64,000 nucleotides of DNA, from assembly GCA_051942245.1 (NCBI GenBank), contig JAVECL010000001.1, forward strand, positions 62,001 through 126,000, written 5' to 3'. Below, one piece after another: positions 23,872 to 35,656 of this stretch. The position numbers and the translations under genes are program-made. Below the pieces are notes generated by a model. That model saw only the letters and a list, made by a program, of their open reading frames with translations, was not told the origin of the DNA and ran no database searches. Positions within the stretch are counted from its first letter, which is position 1. Each line of letters opens with the position of its first letter. Source of the DNA: Trypethelium eluteriae (taxonomy: Eukaryota).

Positions 23872-25684
23872 CTAGCTCGTAAACTACACAAGAATGCAGT
23901 TAGAAAATGAGCTACATGAAAGTTCTGAACAACATACCTGATCGATGTACTCCTGCGAAGCGCTCACATATTCGGTCGACAAGTAGGTTGGAATGTTCTT
24001 GTTCAGCCAAGTGATGAGTATGGAGAGTTCGCGCTTGAGACGCTCAACAGAGGGGGCATCCATGTTTGTCTGGCTGATAAGCTCAGGGAAGGAAACTGTG
24101 GAGGATGATGTTAGTCTTCTGACTAGCACAGGAATCATCGCAAAGCAGGATAACTGCATACCCAGCAAACGACACAAGTGCTCCGCGCCATAGACATCCG
24201 CGAGAGTCTTCCCAGCCAAGTCATCCGTCCCAGAGTTGATACGTTCGTACATCTCTCTCAGCTGCTCACGCTCGAAACGATACAGTAAAATTTTGCCGAG
24301 CGAGCGGTTGAAGTAGTCAACAATACCCTGGCGGACCTCTTCAAGGACGTCGGCCTCGGCGCTGCCTTCGCGGCGTTTGACGATCTCCTCGGCGAAGAAC
24401 TGGTCGAGTATGTAGGTGACAGGCGTCTTGGACGGCAGTACAACAAGCTGCATGTTTTTCGTGACTTTCTCCCAGTCGTCGACGAGGATCTCCTTGAGAT
24501 TGTCGGGAAAGAATATGCGGACTGTGGGGCGTCTCTCGGCTGCTTCTTCCTGTTTATCATGAGTTATTTCGGATGAACGGCCGAGGAGAGGGTGCGCAGG
24601 TCTGTCAGTTGAGGAAGAAGTTGCAGGCGGTGTCAAATTAGAAGGGTTGCGAGCTAATGGGAAATGGGGAGAAGACGAGAGGCGAGCTGCTTGCACGCTT
24701 TGCTGTGGTTTGGGGCGCTGAAGAGAAGGCCTTACTCGCCCCTTTCGGCGCGCCATGACCGTTGAAGAGTATCTTGCGTGGTGGGGGAAATAAATACAGA
24801 AAGGGATTGCACAGAACGCATACGTTCTGTCCACGACAACAGCGTGGGGAACGCGTCGATCACGCAGGCCACATTTTCAGGAGAGCAAACGAGTGTTGCA
24901 AGACAGAACCTCACGCAAATGCCTGACGGATGTGATGGACGATGAACAGCTTCAGGGTTCAAACGAGACTTGCCTTCTCCAAGTCGAAATCCCGTCCCCT
25001 CTTTTGCCCTCTCGCTGCGGTGGCGCGTTCCTCACTTCCACGCATGCTCCCGACCTCAGAGGGTAGTTTCTTCTTGTGAGACGGGGGACCAGATTTCGAT
25101 GGTCGCGATTGGGCTCGGTTTGCTTCCATAGCATTCTTAAGGTTCGCCGCGAGCTCCTTGTTCTCGTCATTGAGCTTTCGAAGCCTATCTTGCGGCACCC
25201 AGTCGTCCCAACTAGCGTACAAAAGTCACTTTAGTAAAGGCAATTGTATTTTTGGAGAAGCACTATGAAGGCAAAGTAGAGACGAAGCAAGGACGAGGAC
25301 ATAAAGGTATCCGGTCCACTGATTTCCCACTTTGTAGAGAAGAAAGGAGCACCAAAACGCCGCAGAACCAGCCAATTTCAGCACTCATCATCTACAAGCT
25401 CCAGACGACGTGAGGGTGTGAAGCATCCTTCCAAGCAGAAGAAGCCCAGTAAAGAGACCTTCGGAGACCGATCCGAGTACTCCTTCCTATATCGTGAAAA
25501 TACAAAGAGTGGGCACTTACGTGTTTTTCCAACCTTTGTAGTGAACTCTATACTGGTAGGATGTTTTCTTGTCGGTAGGATCAACAGCCTTCGACTCTAG
25601 GACTTTGGCCTCGTAGAGGAGTTCATGATGAAAGCAAAGGACCTTTTCGTCCTTGGCGTATGCCGGAGCGTTTGAGGGCGCCAT
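23872..25684 (-). CDS. EAF3: Eaf3/MRG15 chromodomain-MRG protein, 5 exons
   Basis: Exons 25684-25521, 25211-24974, 24549-24162, 24095-23938 and 23883-23872. Chromo motifs CFHHELLYEAK and VHYKGWKNTWDDWV. MRG motifs LVDDWEKVTK, ILLYRFER and YGAEHLCRL. Confidence 0.92.
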
Positions 25685-25907
25685 GGTAGCGGATCAGCGA
25701 AGTTTGGGTAAAGTGTACGACCGTGAAGTCGTGCACAGAAATGAAGAGGGCTTGAAGGGAATAAAACAGGTCTGAAGTGCTGCACGTGCTACTCCTACAT
25801 GTGAGAATAATGAGAGTGTGGACCAGAAGTGAATACTACCATCGGTACGATCCATGTGTGAAGCTCGTGCCAGCGCGCGTCGCTCGTTTTTCTTGCAATT
25901 GTTTCCT

Positions 25908-25913
25908 ACGCGT
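25908..25913. promoter_or_regulatory. MCB element (ACGCGT) in the EAF3/CNL2 divergent promoter
   Basis: Perfect ACGCGT about 95 bp upstream of the CNL2 ATG, with an extra CGCG run near 25874. Confidence 0.4.
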
Positions 25914-26005
25914 TTTCCCCCGCAGCTCCCGACAGGTACTCTACTCTATTTATCTTTGGCCATGAAAGCGAACCTCATGCGCCAGCCCTAAACACAGTCA
26001 AGAGC

Positions 26006-26701
26006 ATGCCGCCCACCGAATCATCCATACTCAGCAATTTCTTGCTCTCCGCTGCAACACTCTCTTCAGCTGTTACCAATGAGGAATTCGCAGACCTCTT
26101 CCCAGACACCAAGAAGGACTCTCCCGAAGTTGGGCAGCTTTACAGGGAACTTCAACACCAGCGAGCTATCGATGCTGATGACGTTCAACACAATATTGAG
26201 CTTGAGGTCAGACGTGGAGATAAGATGAAGAGGGATATTATGCGAACCAGGAAAGCAGAGAGTCAAGGTCACAAGATGGACGGTTTTGATGCGAGGGACA
26301 CTGCCATGGAGGTCACGGCAAGTGCTCAGAGGAGTGTATCAATGCTTCCAAGTCTAATTACGCCGTAGCTCTTTGGCGATCGTTCAGACCTCCCTCAGGC
26401 AAAACCACATAGTATCCGTACCATACAGCACGCTATAGCAAATGCTTGCAAGGAGCTAGAAGTCGAGATCGCGGAGATGGAAGCAGAGGCTGGTTCATTA
26501 CTTGGCAATGCAAGATCAACGATTGACGACCTGAGCGCACTTGGATACCGGGGCTTTGATGGATCAAGTAGCACCCCAAATACGGACAATTTGAACCAAG
26601 AGGCACTCGAAAGTCTTATAAGACTACAAGAAGTCTGCCGGGATATCGACAATGGGGCTCAAGCCTACGGCGAGACATCGAAAAATTCATCTGCAGGATA
26701 G
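26006..26701 (+). CDS. CNL2: Cnl2/Nkp2 family centromere/kinetochore protein, 2 exons
   Basis: MPPTESSILSNFLL..FADLFP..LYRELQHQRA and IDDLSALGY. Intron probably 26318-26368 (GC-AG); a GT donor at 26312 is an in-frame alternative. Confidence 0.8.
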
Positions 26702-27367
26702 ATAAGCGCTCGTTTGCGGTCGGCTTGCTGACCGCGAAAAGCGATTATCTCTTACAGATCCCCTTGGACAGATTTCGAGCAAGATGGTCAACCAACTTGC
26801 ACGGGCTCTCGGAATTTAAGAAGCCTCCTGCCGAGCTCTTCAGCTCGTCAAGCGCTAGGTTCAAGGGAGATCGCACGGATATGAGAGGCCGGTAGAGTCA
26901 GGTTTGCTGGGCAATCACATCGATCGATGAGGTCGGAATTGATCCAAGAAGGCTTCGACTCGCACAGAAAGGGTAGAAAGGGTGAAGTGGAAAGGGTGGA
27001 AGACTACCCAATGTCCCTAAGGAAAAGTATGGCTTCGTTAAGCGTAGATAGGCTCGAGGATGCACACAAATCCTACTTCAAAGTGCATTCGATAGATGTA
27101 GGTACATGTATGGCACAACGCATTTCGTCAAAATGGACAAATTCATGTTATCCTACTCAGCATAATGAACATAGCATAAACCTCCTTGGTCAAGCGGCGG
27201 GTGAGAGCTTGGGCCAGGCGTGCTATAGGTTGGAGCTGGGGCTGGTGCGCCTCATCTCCGACCCGCCCTGTCACCCATGCTCAGGCTCCGATTCTCTTTC
27301 CCATCCCATTATCACTTCGCCAACGAGACTACTGAGGAGCTGAATAGCCTCATCTCGCGCAACCGCA

Positions 27368-28290
27368 ATGATGCTTGCCGTTCAATCAATCGTACTTCTC
27401 ATTCTTTCCGCACTTGCGGCTGCGCAAGATCAGGTGCCTCTGCTAGATCAGGTCAGAGGCTGGTTTGGCAGGGCTCAGTCTTATGTGCAATCTGCCGTCC
27501 CTCCAGTGGTCACGAATCCGATTGATGTAGGTGCATCAAAGGTCGCAGAGGTATCCGTGGTGCCTATCGCGTTGGACAACTGGAAAGACGTCTTGAAGCC
27601 CAGCATCAGCGCAAAGAGCAATGAACCGGAAGAATGGATGATTTACGTGACAGGTGCAAACAAAACGTGCTATGGCCTATGCGCTCAGGCAGACAAAGCT
27701 TGGAATGTAAGCTACCCATTTCATATGGAGCACTGCGATCCGTGTTCCCCCTGCGCCTTGGGTTGCGCCGACTTATTGAGCCTTTGAAGCCCACTTACAC
27801 CTACTTGTAGGAATCGACTGCACTCCTCAGCAGCACGCCCAAAGCGCCTCACCTTGGCGCTCTCAACTGTGAGACGTCTCCCGTCCTGTGTAATGCATGG
27901 GCTATAGGCCCTCCAATGGTCGTTCACGCTTTCCTTCCACGGCCATTGCCTGATCAATCCACCCCATCTACCACTGTCCGCTTCATTGGACTCAATCGAA
28001 CCTCTGTTGTCGCATCCGATATATGGGAGATAGCAGCATCCGGGAAGGGTACATACAAGGACACCGAACCTTATGAAGGCTATTTTCACCCCTTTGATAG
28101 TTTTCTTGCGCAGCAGGGACTGAACATTTACCTGGGTTGGCTTATCTTCTATGTGGCTATGGTACCTAGCTGGGCGTTCATGATTGCTATTAGCTTCTTC
28201 AGTCGGAGCTTCATGAGCAGGCGCATGGGTCCCGACAGGCCGTTGAGGCAAGGTCAACAAAGTGGACAGGCTGCACCAGCGGCCCAATAA
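27368..28290 (+). CDS. Signal-peptide, thioredoxin-like fold protein with C-terminal membrane helices (TMX-like), 2 exons
   Basis: Signal peptide, EEWMIYVTGANKTCYGLC, intron 27707-27810, LNCETSPVLCNAW, YEGYFHPFD and a C-terminal hydrophobic segment. Confidence 0.6.
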
Positions 28291-28577
28291 GGGGCGGAAC
28301 AAGTCCTGAGTTCGGGGAGCCGAGCATTGAAATGTGAGGATGAGGTATGGGCCTTTGTATTACATGGTGCAAAACCTCGTGGTACGGTAGATAAGAGGTA
28401 CGCAGGTTTCAGTTTGTGTCAAGATTTAACATACCCCGTTTGTCATAGCCAGTTCCATCGATGAGTCGACTGTAGATTATGACGTTGCGTTCGCATCAGG
28501 TGGTAGTGGTCCCGGAAATATTTCTCGCAGTTTGCCGCTAAGAGAACTACGTACGTTACTGCTGGAGATCTTAGGCA

Positions 28578-28591
28578 TCGGAGTTGGCCGA
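28578..28591. promoter_or_regulatory. UaY-type Zn2Cys6 binding site TCGG-N6-CCGA upstream of xanthine dehydrogenase
   Basis: TCGG agttgg CCGA about 285 bp upstream of the ATG, matching the A. nidulans UaY consensus. GATA boxes (AreA-type) at about 28390, 28731-28740 and 28837. Confidence 0.75.
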
Positions 28592-28874
28592 GCTTCGATT
28601 CAGAACTAGAAGCGGAGTTAACCCCACTCCAGCTCTGATTGGTGACTTAAATTTGAGTTCTACGACAATGGTGCTGACCTCGACCGGTCGATTCACGCCT
28701 TGACATTCTTTTCTACCCACCGTTTTCCTTGATAGGATAAATTGATCATCGCCAGGTGCCTTCATTCCAGTTCTCGACGCCTCCCTGGACATGCTTTCTC
28801 CTCATATCTGCCTCCTTGAGCGGATCGTCCATCTAGGATAGAGTAAGGCACACAGGTGAACTTTCCTTAGCAAT

Positions 28875-31800
28875 ATGGCTCCTGGGCTTGTCGAACCTGC
28901 GGTTTCAAGTTCCGCCTCAAGATCTCTCGCATTGTTAACCGAACCATATGATGACACTATCAGATTCTACCTCAACGGTTCCAAAGTTGTGCTAGATGAT
29001 GCTGATCCCGAAGTAACATTGCTAGAGTATTTACGCGGCATTGGTCTCACAGGAACTAAACTGGGATGTGCTGAAGGGGGTTGTGGAGCATGTACGGTCG
29101 TATGTTTCATGAGATGCCAACAATAATCATTCCAGTACTAAAGCCAGAAGGTCGTTTCGCAATACAACCCCACCACGGCGAAAATCTACCACGCTTCTGT
29201 TAATGCATGTCTGGCACCCCTTGTGAGCGTCGATGGCAAGCATGTCATTACTGTTGAAGGCATCGGGTCTGTGAAAGGACCACATCCAGCCCAGGAGCGA
29301 ATCGCAAAAAGTAATGGTAGCCAATGCGGATTCTGTACTCCTGGGATAGTCATGGTAAGTGAGTCTTTCATAGATCCGCTACACTCACTTATATATCTCC
29401 GCAGAGTTTGTACGCGCTTCTTCGAAACCATGGCACTCCTTCCGAGCTAGAGGTTGAGGAGGCATTCGATGGAAATTTATGCAGATGCACCGGATACCGA
29501 CCCCTTCTTGATGCGGCACAAACTTTTAGTGCACAAAAAGCTTGTGCCAAATCGACCGTGAATGATGGGACTGGCTGCTGCATGGAGAACGCCAGCATCA
29601 ATGGAAGCTCGAATAGCTCTTGTGGTAACAGCGTTGACGGTAGTAACCGAATTTCGAAGCCTACTAAGAAGTTCACGCCTCCAGGTTTCATCGAGTACAA
29701 GCCAGATACTGAGCTCATATTTCCACCGCAATTGCGGAACCATGACTTCAAGCCGCTTGCCTTTGGTAACAAGCGCAAGAGGTGGTTCAGACCCGTCACA
29801 CTAGAACAACTGCTAGAGATCAAAAGCGTATACCCTTCTGCCAAAATAATTGGAGGGAGTACTGAAACCCAAATTGAGGTCAAATTCAAGGACATGCAGT
29901 ACACAGCCTCCGTCTATGTCGGAGACATTCCTGAGCTTCGCCATTATTCTTTCCACGAGGATCATTTGGAACTCGGTGGCAATGTCTGCCTCACAGATTT
30001 GGAACAAATTTGCGACGAAGCTGTCGAACGGTACGGCGACATACAGGGTCAGCCATTCGCCGCGATAAAAAAACAAATCCGTTACTTTGCTGGACGGCAG
30101 ATTCGGAATGTTGGCACTCCCGCTGGAAACCTTGCAACTGCGTCTCCCATTTCGGACCTCAATCCCGTCTTTGTCGCCGCGAACTCTACCCTCATTGCTA
30201 GGTCGTTAGAAAGGACTACTGAAATCGCCATGTCTGAATTCTTCCGAGGCTACCGCGTGACCGCTTTGCCTGCAGACGCTGTCATTATTAGCTTGCGGAT
30301 ACCCGTCGCGAAGAAGAAAGGCGAGTTTCTCCGAGCTTATAAGCAAGCTAAACGAAAGGATGATGACATTGCTATCACCAATGCGGCCCTTCGTGTCTCT
30401 TTGAATGCAGCGAATATTGTAGAGAATTCGAGCCTGGTGTATGGTGGCATGGCTCCAACCACTATGGCGGCTAAGAGGGCCATGCAGTACCTCCAAGGAA
30501 AAGACTGGACTGACCCTAAAACCCTTGAAGGGATTATGGTTACTTTGGAAGAAGAATTCGAGCTCAGATTCGGTGTTCCCGGAGCAATGGCAACCTACCG
30601 CAAGTCCCTGGCCCTTGGATTCTTCTACAAGTTTTACCACGAGGTACTATCCCAGCTGCAAACAAAACACTCCGAGCTTGATGAACAAGCTATTGGCACA
30701 ATTGAGCGAGCAATCTCATTTGGCGAGAAAGATCACAAAGTCGGAGAAAAGTACGAGAAGAAAATCATTGGTAAAGAGCAGCCCCATGTGGCGGCCTTGA
30801 AACAGTGTACTGGCGAAGCTCAGTATACGGATGATATCCCGTCGCAAAAGAATGAACTCTATGGCTGCCTCGTCCTGTCGACCAAGGCACATGCCAAGAT
30901 CCTCAACGTGGATTTCTCTCCTGCTACAAACCTTCCTGGTGTCGTTGACTGGATCGATCATCGTGACTTCTCCACTCCGGAGGCCAATTGGTGGGGCGCT
31001 CCAGTTTGCGATGAAGTATTCTTTGCCGTTGACGAAGTTTTCACAGCTGGTCAGCCGATTGGTATGGTTCTCGCTGATTCAGCAAAACATGCGGAAGCTG
31101 CCGCCAAAGCTGTCAAAGTCGAATATGAAGATCTCCCAGCAATTTACACCATTGAGGAGGCCATACTAAAAGAAAGCTATTTTGATCACTACCGCTATTT
31201 AAAGAAAGGAGATCCCGAAGATGCATTTGCACATGCAGACCACGTGTTCAATGGCGTTACCAGAATTGGAGGCCAAGAGCACTTTTATTTGGAAACGCAG
31301 GCGTGCGTGGTTGTGCCAAAACCAGAAGACGGAGCTATGGAGGTTTTCAGCAGCACTCAGAATCCCTCCGAGACACAAAGTTATGTCGCGGCGGCGACTG
31401 GTGTAGCTGCAAACAAAATTGTCTCGCGAGTGAAACGATTAGGCGGAGGTTTTGGCGGCAAAGAGACACGCTCCATTCAGCTTGCTGTTATTTGTGCAGT
31501 AGCTGCTCGCAAAACTGCCAGGCCTGTTCGCTGCATGCTTAATCGGGATGAAGATATTTTGACTTCGGGTCAACGACATCCATTCCTTGCAAGATGGAAA
31601 GTTGCTGTCAATGGCGACGGAAAATTACAGGCACTTGATGCAGAGGTCTTTGCCAATGGTGGTTGGAGTCAAGACCTCAGTGGAGCTGTGGTTGATCGAG
31701 CTCTCTCGCATATCGATGGTGTTTACCACTTCGATAATATCAACGTCCGCGGACGCGTTGCTAAGACTAATACTGTATCAAACACAGCATTTCGTGGCTT

Positions 31801-33061
31801 CGGAGGTCCACAAGGAATGTTCATTGCTGAGAGCTACATGAGTGAAGTCGCTGATCACCTCAACATCCCTGTCGAGAAGCTCCGCGAGGTAAACATGTAC
31901 AAGCCACATGAGAGCACCCATTTCAACCAAGAGCTCAAAGATTGGTTTGTGCCTCTAATGTATAAACAAGTTCAAGACGAATCCTCATACTGGCAGCGAC
32001 GCAAGGAAATTGATGAATTCAACGCTACCCACAGATGGAACAAACGCGGCCTTGCTCTCATCCCCACCAAATTCGGCATTTCGTTTACCGCATTGTTCCT
32101 CAACCAGGCCGGTGCCCTGGTACACATCTACCACGATGGCTCCGTTCTCGTAGCCCACGGCGGCACAGAAATGGGCCAAGGCCTCCACACAAAAATGACC
32201 ATGATTGCGGCCGAAGCGCTGGGGGTACCCCAGGAAAATGTCTTCATATCTGAGACTGCTACCAACACCGTTGCCAACGCCTCTTCTACCGCTGCTTCTG
32301 CGTCGTCAGACCTCAACGGCTACGCCATCTGGAACGCGTGCGCTCAGCTTAACGAGCGCTTGGCGCCGTATCGGGAGAAACTCGGTCACTCTGCCACAAT
32401 GAAGGACCTCGCCCACGCTGCCTACTTCGACCGCGTGAATCTAAGTGCCAACGGGTTCTACAAGACGCCGGACATCGGCTACGTCTGGGGCCCGAACACG
32501 GGACAGATGTACTACTACTTTACACAGGGCGTGACGGCTGCCAGTGTCGAGATTGACACGCTCACAGGTGACTGGACCTGCCTACGGGCCGATATCAAGA
32601 TGGATGTTGGGAGGAGCATCAACCCGGCTATCGACTACGGGCAGATCGAGGGCGCATTTGTGCAGGGCATGGGCCTCTTCACGCTTGAGGAGTCGCTGTG
32701 GTCCCGGGCCACTGGGCAGATCTTTACGCGCGGTCCAGGGACCTACAAGATTCCTGGGTTCCGAGACATTCCACAAGAGTTCAACGTCAGTCTGCTCAAG
32801 GATGTCGAGTGGGAGCACTTGCGCACAATTCAGCGTTCAAGAGGGGTAGGCGAGCCGCCACTTTTTATGGGTAGTGCTGTGTTCTTTGCGATTCGGGACG
32901 CATTGAAGGCGGCGAGAAAGGAATGGGGAGAGCAACGAGTCTTGAGTTTGGCAAGTCCTGCAACAGTTGAGAGGATTCGAACGAGTTGTGCGGACCCAAT
33001 CTTAGAAAGGGCAAAGGTGGAGCCGAGAGAAGGTGAGAAGAGCTTTTTCATTAGCATTTAA
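28875..33061 (+). CDS. hxA: Xanthine dehydrogenase (purine hydroxylase I), 3 exons
   Basis: 2Fe-2S motifs [25 protein letters not shown] and [14 protein letters not shown] domain FAGRQIRN. Moco motifs [20 protein letters not shown] and GVGEPPL. Introns 29100-29150 and 29355-29404. Confidence 0.97.
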
Positions 33062-33426
33062 GTGCTTCGCTCCCGCTTCGTATTCGCCGGAAATAGGTGT
33101 TGCTTGTTAACCACCGGACCGGAGCCTCCGTAAAGGATAGCGGCATTCTGACATAGCAGTATTTGATTATGATTGTTTCAACGTAACCACGCAACGCTTG
33201 AATTGTTCCCCACCAACGGGTTGGAATAAGAGAAGTTGGTACTAACAAGGCTTGTTGACATGGCGAGGATCATAATTTCGACCTCAACATGTTCGAGGTA
33301 CTTATCAATATGGTATCAGAAATGATGAGCAAAAGCCCCACAGGGAACTTGACAAAAGTTGGTACAAAGACTTTCTCGTCCTTGCGTCGTGTGCGCTTCG
33401 TAAAGATTGCTTGTCAGACATCCCTA

Positions 33427-33607
33427 CCTTGCCGCGATTGGGGGGTTCCTCAATTGGTAATCAATACAATGTTATTTCATCTTTACTATTATGACCTTGT
33501 TGGCCCCTGTTCACGCCGCCTTAATATGGGTCAACATGGTCATAACAGTAAAATTGAGGTAACGTTGTATTGATTACCAGTTGAGGAAAGCCCCCTCCGC
33601 GGTAAGG
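33427..33607. mobile_element. 181-bp fold-back MITE-like element, copy A (more diverged)
   Basis: TA|CCTTGCCGCG..CGCGGTAAGG|CA. Long imperfect inverted arms. Aligns end to end, without length change, to 37101-37281. Confidence 0.8.
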
Positions 33608-33617
33608 CAGTTTTCCT

Positions 33618-34808
33618 TCATGCGTGAAAGACGAAGGAGCTACTCAGAGTCTTTACTCCATTGCCGTTGCTTTCTCCACTCCCAATCAATTCCTCTTTGG
33701 ACCTAAAGGACTTAGGGCGAATTAATAGTAGTCTGGTCAAGTTTATTGATGTTCGCGTTCCACATATAGAGAAGAACGGGTGGCAATTCCAATATTTTGG
33801 CGTTAGCGAGCCTATATACACTAACAGGAGTGAACCTGTAATTTGATGTCGTCCGACATACCCATTGTATTGAACATGAAGCAAATGCTCTTGCTTGGTG
33901 CAACATCACTTTTGCATCTTTTTCACATTCGGTCATCTCGCAGATTTCTCCTACTGCTCCCACAGCATTCCAAGTTCCAACACTTGCCAACATCTCATCT
34001 ATACGTTGCTTTCCACCCAACAGACTTCCTGGTAGCCACTTTACGAAGGTGTCAACCGACTGCACAACTCGTATGCCCAGTCGTAAAAATGCTCTATGAT
34101 GGAGTCAACCTCACGGGCAGTGCGCCACAATATCTCCCAAAGATGCTGCTGTTTATGAAGCCATATCGCAAGTAACAGAGTCGCACCAACGATTAAGGTG
34201 CACAAAGATGCTGTCACGACCAGAACCATACGCTTCCAGTCGAACCACTGAAGTAATCTCCAGGTGCGTTCATCGTTCGCAGGTCCAGCCTGGCCGTACC
34301 TGTGCGTGCGAGTCATGGAGTCGGGTCCGCTACCTGTAGCAATGAGATATATGTCCTCGAGTATTCCACGTTCTGTGGTGCTCCATTTCCGCTTGTGGGC
34401 AATGTCATCGGAGCAGATACGAGGGGAGCGCCGAAGACTATCCTCCACCTCTTTGCCATCTTTGATTTCGGGCCTAGCTTCGTTTCTTTGTCTGGCGCGG
34501 GAAGCAGGTTCTGGAGCTAGAAATCCTGGTACTGCCTGCAAGTGGATGCGGTAACCCTTTGCCTCAACCTTATTGACCAGGTCCAGGAGGATTTCTTGTC
34601 CATTGATGGTAACGATACTACAGTTGATGAGGGTGATGTAAATATCCTTACCCTGAGACTATTAGAGTGAGCGAGACAGGGGAGAAATTGGGAGGCGTGC
34701 ACGTACCGCTTGAACGACTGTTTTGAAATAGGCACAGTCCTTGGAAGTCAGGCTTAACTCGCCATTGGCGTTGATAGTAATTGCGCTTTTGTTATCTTGA
34801 TCGGTCAT
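33618..34808 (-). pseudogene. Spliced orphan gene with one transmembrane helix; 3' part apparently frameshifted or decayed
   Basis: ATG at 34808 (MTDQDNKSAITINANGEL..VVQA). A canonical intron (gtacgt..ctaat..cag) joins in frame to GKDIYITL..HLQAVPG and ORF 34041..34541. Coding-like text continues in another frame (33712..34065), with a GTATGT donor and GCTAAC branch point but no clear acceptor. The 3' limit is uncertain. Confidence 0.4.
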
Positions 34809-35656
34809 GGCTTTTGATTGTCTAGCACCTGGGTCGTGCTACAACTGTGGCCAGTGAGAATTATAATGGTAGCAGAGAAGAATGCTGCCTCGGCAAGGTT
34901 ATGAGTGGATTGCGTGTCGTCTATATGTGTCTGTTCCGTCGAAGAGCGCTTTCGAGAGGGCTGGAGAGTCCAGCATAGAAAAGCAGGATTAGAGATTATC
35001 CAAAGTGACATTCCAAGTGGAAACTACCTAATACGAATATGTTTGCCTAGAACCACACTTGTTTCTCAATTTAGTGATTAGATTCTGTTGAGTAGCTCCA
35101 TTGAGCGTGTTTTCTTCACGAGAATAAATAAGTGACGATCTCTCGGGTCGAGAATGTGAGCAGTAGTGAGTGATCACTGGCGGCCTTAGCAACAACGACG
35201 CTTATACTGTGTCTCGAATAGGGGAGCACCTCAGCGAGATTAAGCAATGAGTCAAGTCTACTCCTATCTATACGGAGGGAAAAATACAGCACGGCCTACT
35301 AAGCTTTTAAAGATAGTTCATCCCCTACTTTGTTTTTTAGCGTCTCCCCAGTTCTGATGATTCTGGTTCATAGTTTGAAACTACTATGTCTACCTCTTCA
35401 CCTAGGGAAGGGCTCACCCTCCTAGAACTAAATATCTTAGGCGAATTAATGTTTCGGCGACATTGTAGGCCAGTGCCCATTGAGTTCTGACACCCGACCG
35501 TCATCAATTTTCAATGGAGTAATCAGCCAAGCACCCTCTGCTGCTCTCGGCGTAGAAGACGTTTTAAACCAGATCCTCGCACTATACATCAAACCATTCC
35601 ATTTTCCATTGCGAACGGACAAAAATGGACCTCAAACAAGGGTTTTGGTCATGTAC

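Noticed and set aside
33204..33348. GTTCCC..GGGAAC-bounded segment beside MITE copy A, a possible older fold-back
   Set aside because: Arm similarity is only a little over half in the best stretch, which is not distinguishable from chance.
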